From Trichosphaerium sp. ATCC 40318 (Eukaryota; Protista; Tubulinea), in assembly GCA_038496445.1 (NCBI GenBank), contig JALMLS010000310.1, positions 248,001-312,000 of the forward strand: 64,000 nt of DNA, given 5' to 3'. The translations under genes were made by a program, and so were the position numbers. Position 1 is the first letter of the stretch, and every line of letters begins with the position of its first letter. Under the pieces are notes generated by a model. It saw only the letters and a list, made by a program, of their open reading frames with translations, did no database searches and was not told where the DNA came from. Positions 62,001 through 64,000 of the stretch are shown one piece after another.

Positions 62001-62664
62001 TATCCATGATCCACAATCTATTTTTTTTTGGAACTTAATTTTTGTCTAGGGACATGCCTGATATTCAACCTACGAATATAGGCACATTCCTTGCATTTTC
62101 TCTTGTTAAAAGAACCAGAAGCAAAAGTATTTCTAATAAGGCAAAGAATGTATGAAGAGAAAACTGACTAAGTCAAAGCTGTATATTAAATTTTTTTTTA
62201 GAGCTCTGGCGCACCTATTGTAAGGCCTGTACCTACAGAAAGCATACCACAAAAACCTGATCATACACCACCACCTCCTCCAACCAAATCACCTAAATCA
62301 CCGCCTACAGAGTCTGTACAGACACAAGCCAATATAGACTAGATTTATTTTGCAAGGTTTTTTTTTTATCTCCAGAAATAAACTTGCCTTCGCTCACCAC
62401 GTACCATTGAAAATAATATTATTTATATTCTTACTTATAGACCATCAAGAAGTTTACCATGTTTATGGCATTAACATTGAAGTAGTTAAACAGAAAGAAC
62501 AAAATCTAAGGTTCACTAAGTTTTACAGAGAAGTTAACAGTACTACTCTTGCAGCTTGGGCCTATGTTGGTGCGACCGCAAAAACACGAAGGCCAACATC
62601 TACCTGCAAAGCACGTACAAGTTTCAACGATTTTGTGGTAAGAAGACCATATTTGGTAGACTAG
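59051..62664 (+). CDS. PH-like + C2 + RhoGAP domain protein with Pro-rich tail
   Basis: C2: VVRGKNLHGADVTGFSDPYCVI, LNPKWN, VWDKDSFNDDDFLG. RhoGAP: EVGIFRTVG (arginine finger), IASTFKLYVRSIP, NKMDYSNLAIVFGP. Tail PPPPPTKSP. Both ends approximate. Confidence 0.87.
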
Positions 62665-62829
62665 TTCCCAAAACGGAATATTCCTAATCCAGAACACAAA
62701 CACACCACAATAGCAGCTTATCCCTACACTTATTCACTAGCACTGTACACTAAATATACTATTTGAAGTACGTTTAATCCATTGTTTCGCTTGTTGCGCT
62801 CGCTAGGTGTTAATTTTAGTGTTTAGAAC

Positions 62830-64000
62830 ATGCACAGCACTTCTATCGCTCTTGTTGTTGTACTAGTAGTACTACCACTTTATATCGAGCGCGCTCAAGC
62901 TGCTTCAAACGCAAATCCAATAGATGTTCACTCTTGTGATGTCTACAGGGACTGGGGATGTATAGTAGAGGACTGGCAGCTTGTTACAATAAAAAATGAT
63001 GCCGGCGAAATAACCAAACAATACCGAAATAGACGCAACTGCCGTGCTAAACCAGAGCCACCCATGTCTTGGGTTACCAGAACGCGCCGAACAGATTTGT
63101 ACCGTATTTACGCAGGTTCTTCGATAGACAAACAACAACAATCTTATGTGCCTGGAAGCGTAGTGGAAGTTACTCTCTTGGTAACAAAGTACAAGGCAAA
63201 GGTGCGAACTTTGAATTAATTACTACGCAGAACTTCGTTTTTGACTTGATTTATAGTTCCGTGGCCTTCTTATGTACGCTGAGGATGTTAATAAGACACA
63301 TGTCGGAGAATGGAAGTTGTCTAGTGACGCTCCAGGTTCGACAAAATCGGATTTGAAAACCTTTACTAGCAATCATTGTTAAACGTTTAATTAGATTTCT
63401 GGCAGTTACCTTGGGGCTCCAGTTCTTCTTGTAAGCAAAGCGTTATGCATAATAGCGCAGAAATCAAAGCGCTTGAAACAAAATTCACTTTTATTGCTCC
63501 ACCTAAAGGAACTGGAACAATATGGTTCCGTGCTTTAGTAAAGAGCGGTGATGCAAATACTGGAGACTTTTGGTGGCCAAATCCAACCAAAGATTTCTCG
63601 TTAACTGAGTCAAGTGAATCTCTTCAACCTCAAACTTGGGTACAAACTAAGGCACGTGTCAAATTTAAGTGGGAAAAAAAATGGAGTTTCTAATGTAACA
63701 GTGTAGGTTGGACAATCATGTACTGATAAGTGTGCTGAAGATAATCTAGTTTGTGATGTTGTTGAGTTAGAACGTATGAATAGTATCTCACGATTACAAG
63801 AAGAGTTCACAAGCTTCATGTGTAAAAAACCTTTTTTGAGCAACTGCTTGTCAACAGGTGTCTCTCAGGGTTCTAACGGCTTATGTTATTACGATGACAG
63901 TCGTTGCATAGACCAAGGACGCTCTTCAGACAGAGTCAGTTGCGATGCTTCAAGCGACAACGATGTAAACGGGTATGAGTTTAAACAAACACATTTCCTT
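62830..64000 (+). CDS. secreted Reeler-domain protein, truncated by window end
   Basis: Signal peptide; YVPGSVVEVTL, KFRGLLMYA, VGEW, VMHNS, FIAPPKGTGTIWFRALV; Cys-rich region follows. Confidence 0.82.

Noticed and set aside
1-64000. Stop-codon reassignment or Euplotes-type frameshifting to explain in-frame stops
   Set aside because: Conserved genes end normally in TAA, TAG and TGA, and splice to clean frames; the lesions share no common slippery-stop motif.
1-64000. CRISPR array, rRNA or prokaryotic operon
   Set aside because: No repeat-spacer array or rRNA motifs seen; the sequence is spliceosomal-intron-rich eukaryotic DNA.

Overview
AT-rich (~35% GC by eye), gene-dense, intron-rich eukaryotic nuclear DNA with short introns, mostly 40-150 nt. 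It is most likely from an amoebozoan: it carries an SHK-type TKL kinase with a C-terminal SH2 domain, a Zn2Cys6 transcription factor and a Cbl-TKB-like SH2 adaptor. Most ORF-track entries are exon fragments or intron read-through; gene models here were spliced by hand, so boundaries are approximate. About 25 protein genes can be supported, including a Ca-binding mitochondrial carrier, PRL1/Prp46, UTP21, an Old Yellow Enzyme, a class I aminotransferase, a C2-RhoGAP, a Reeler protein and several secreted or surface proteins. There is also a tRNA-Lys(TTT) and a 444-bp hAT-type MITE with a perfect 8-bp TSD. The strongest candidate for an undescribed system is a pair of paralogous genes (46.1-48.0 kb, 54.7-56.6 kb) encoding tandem ~70-aa Trp-rich repeats fused to a C-terminal PD-(D/E)xK (Vsr/DUF559/RAP-like) nuclease domain; one copy has a mitochondrial-presequence-like N-terminus. 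Other highlights: a multi-ubiquitin-like protein with an H-Y-E ADP-ribosyltransferase domain, an SH2-SH2-RBD-RBD-SHOCT adaptor, a 10-Cys secreted prepro-peptide, a divergent eS30 copy, recurrent AG|GCACGT GC-AG introns and strong TCACGTGA enrichment. Several single-base losses in homopolymer runs point to long-read consensus errors, so frameshifts should be treated cautiously.
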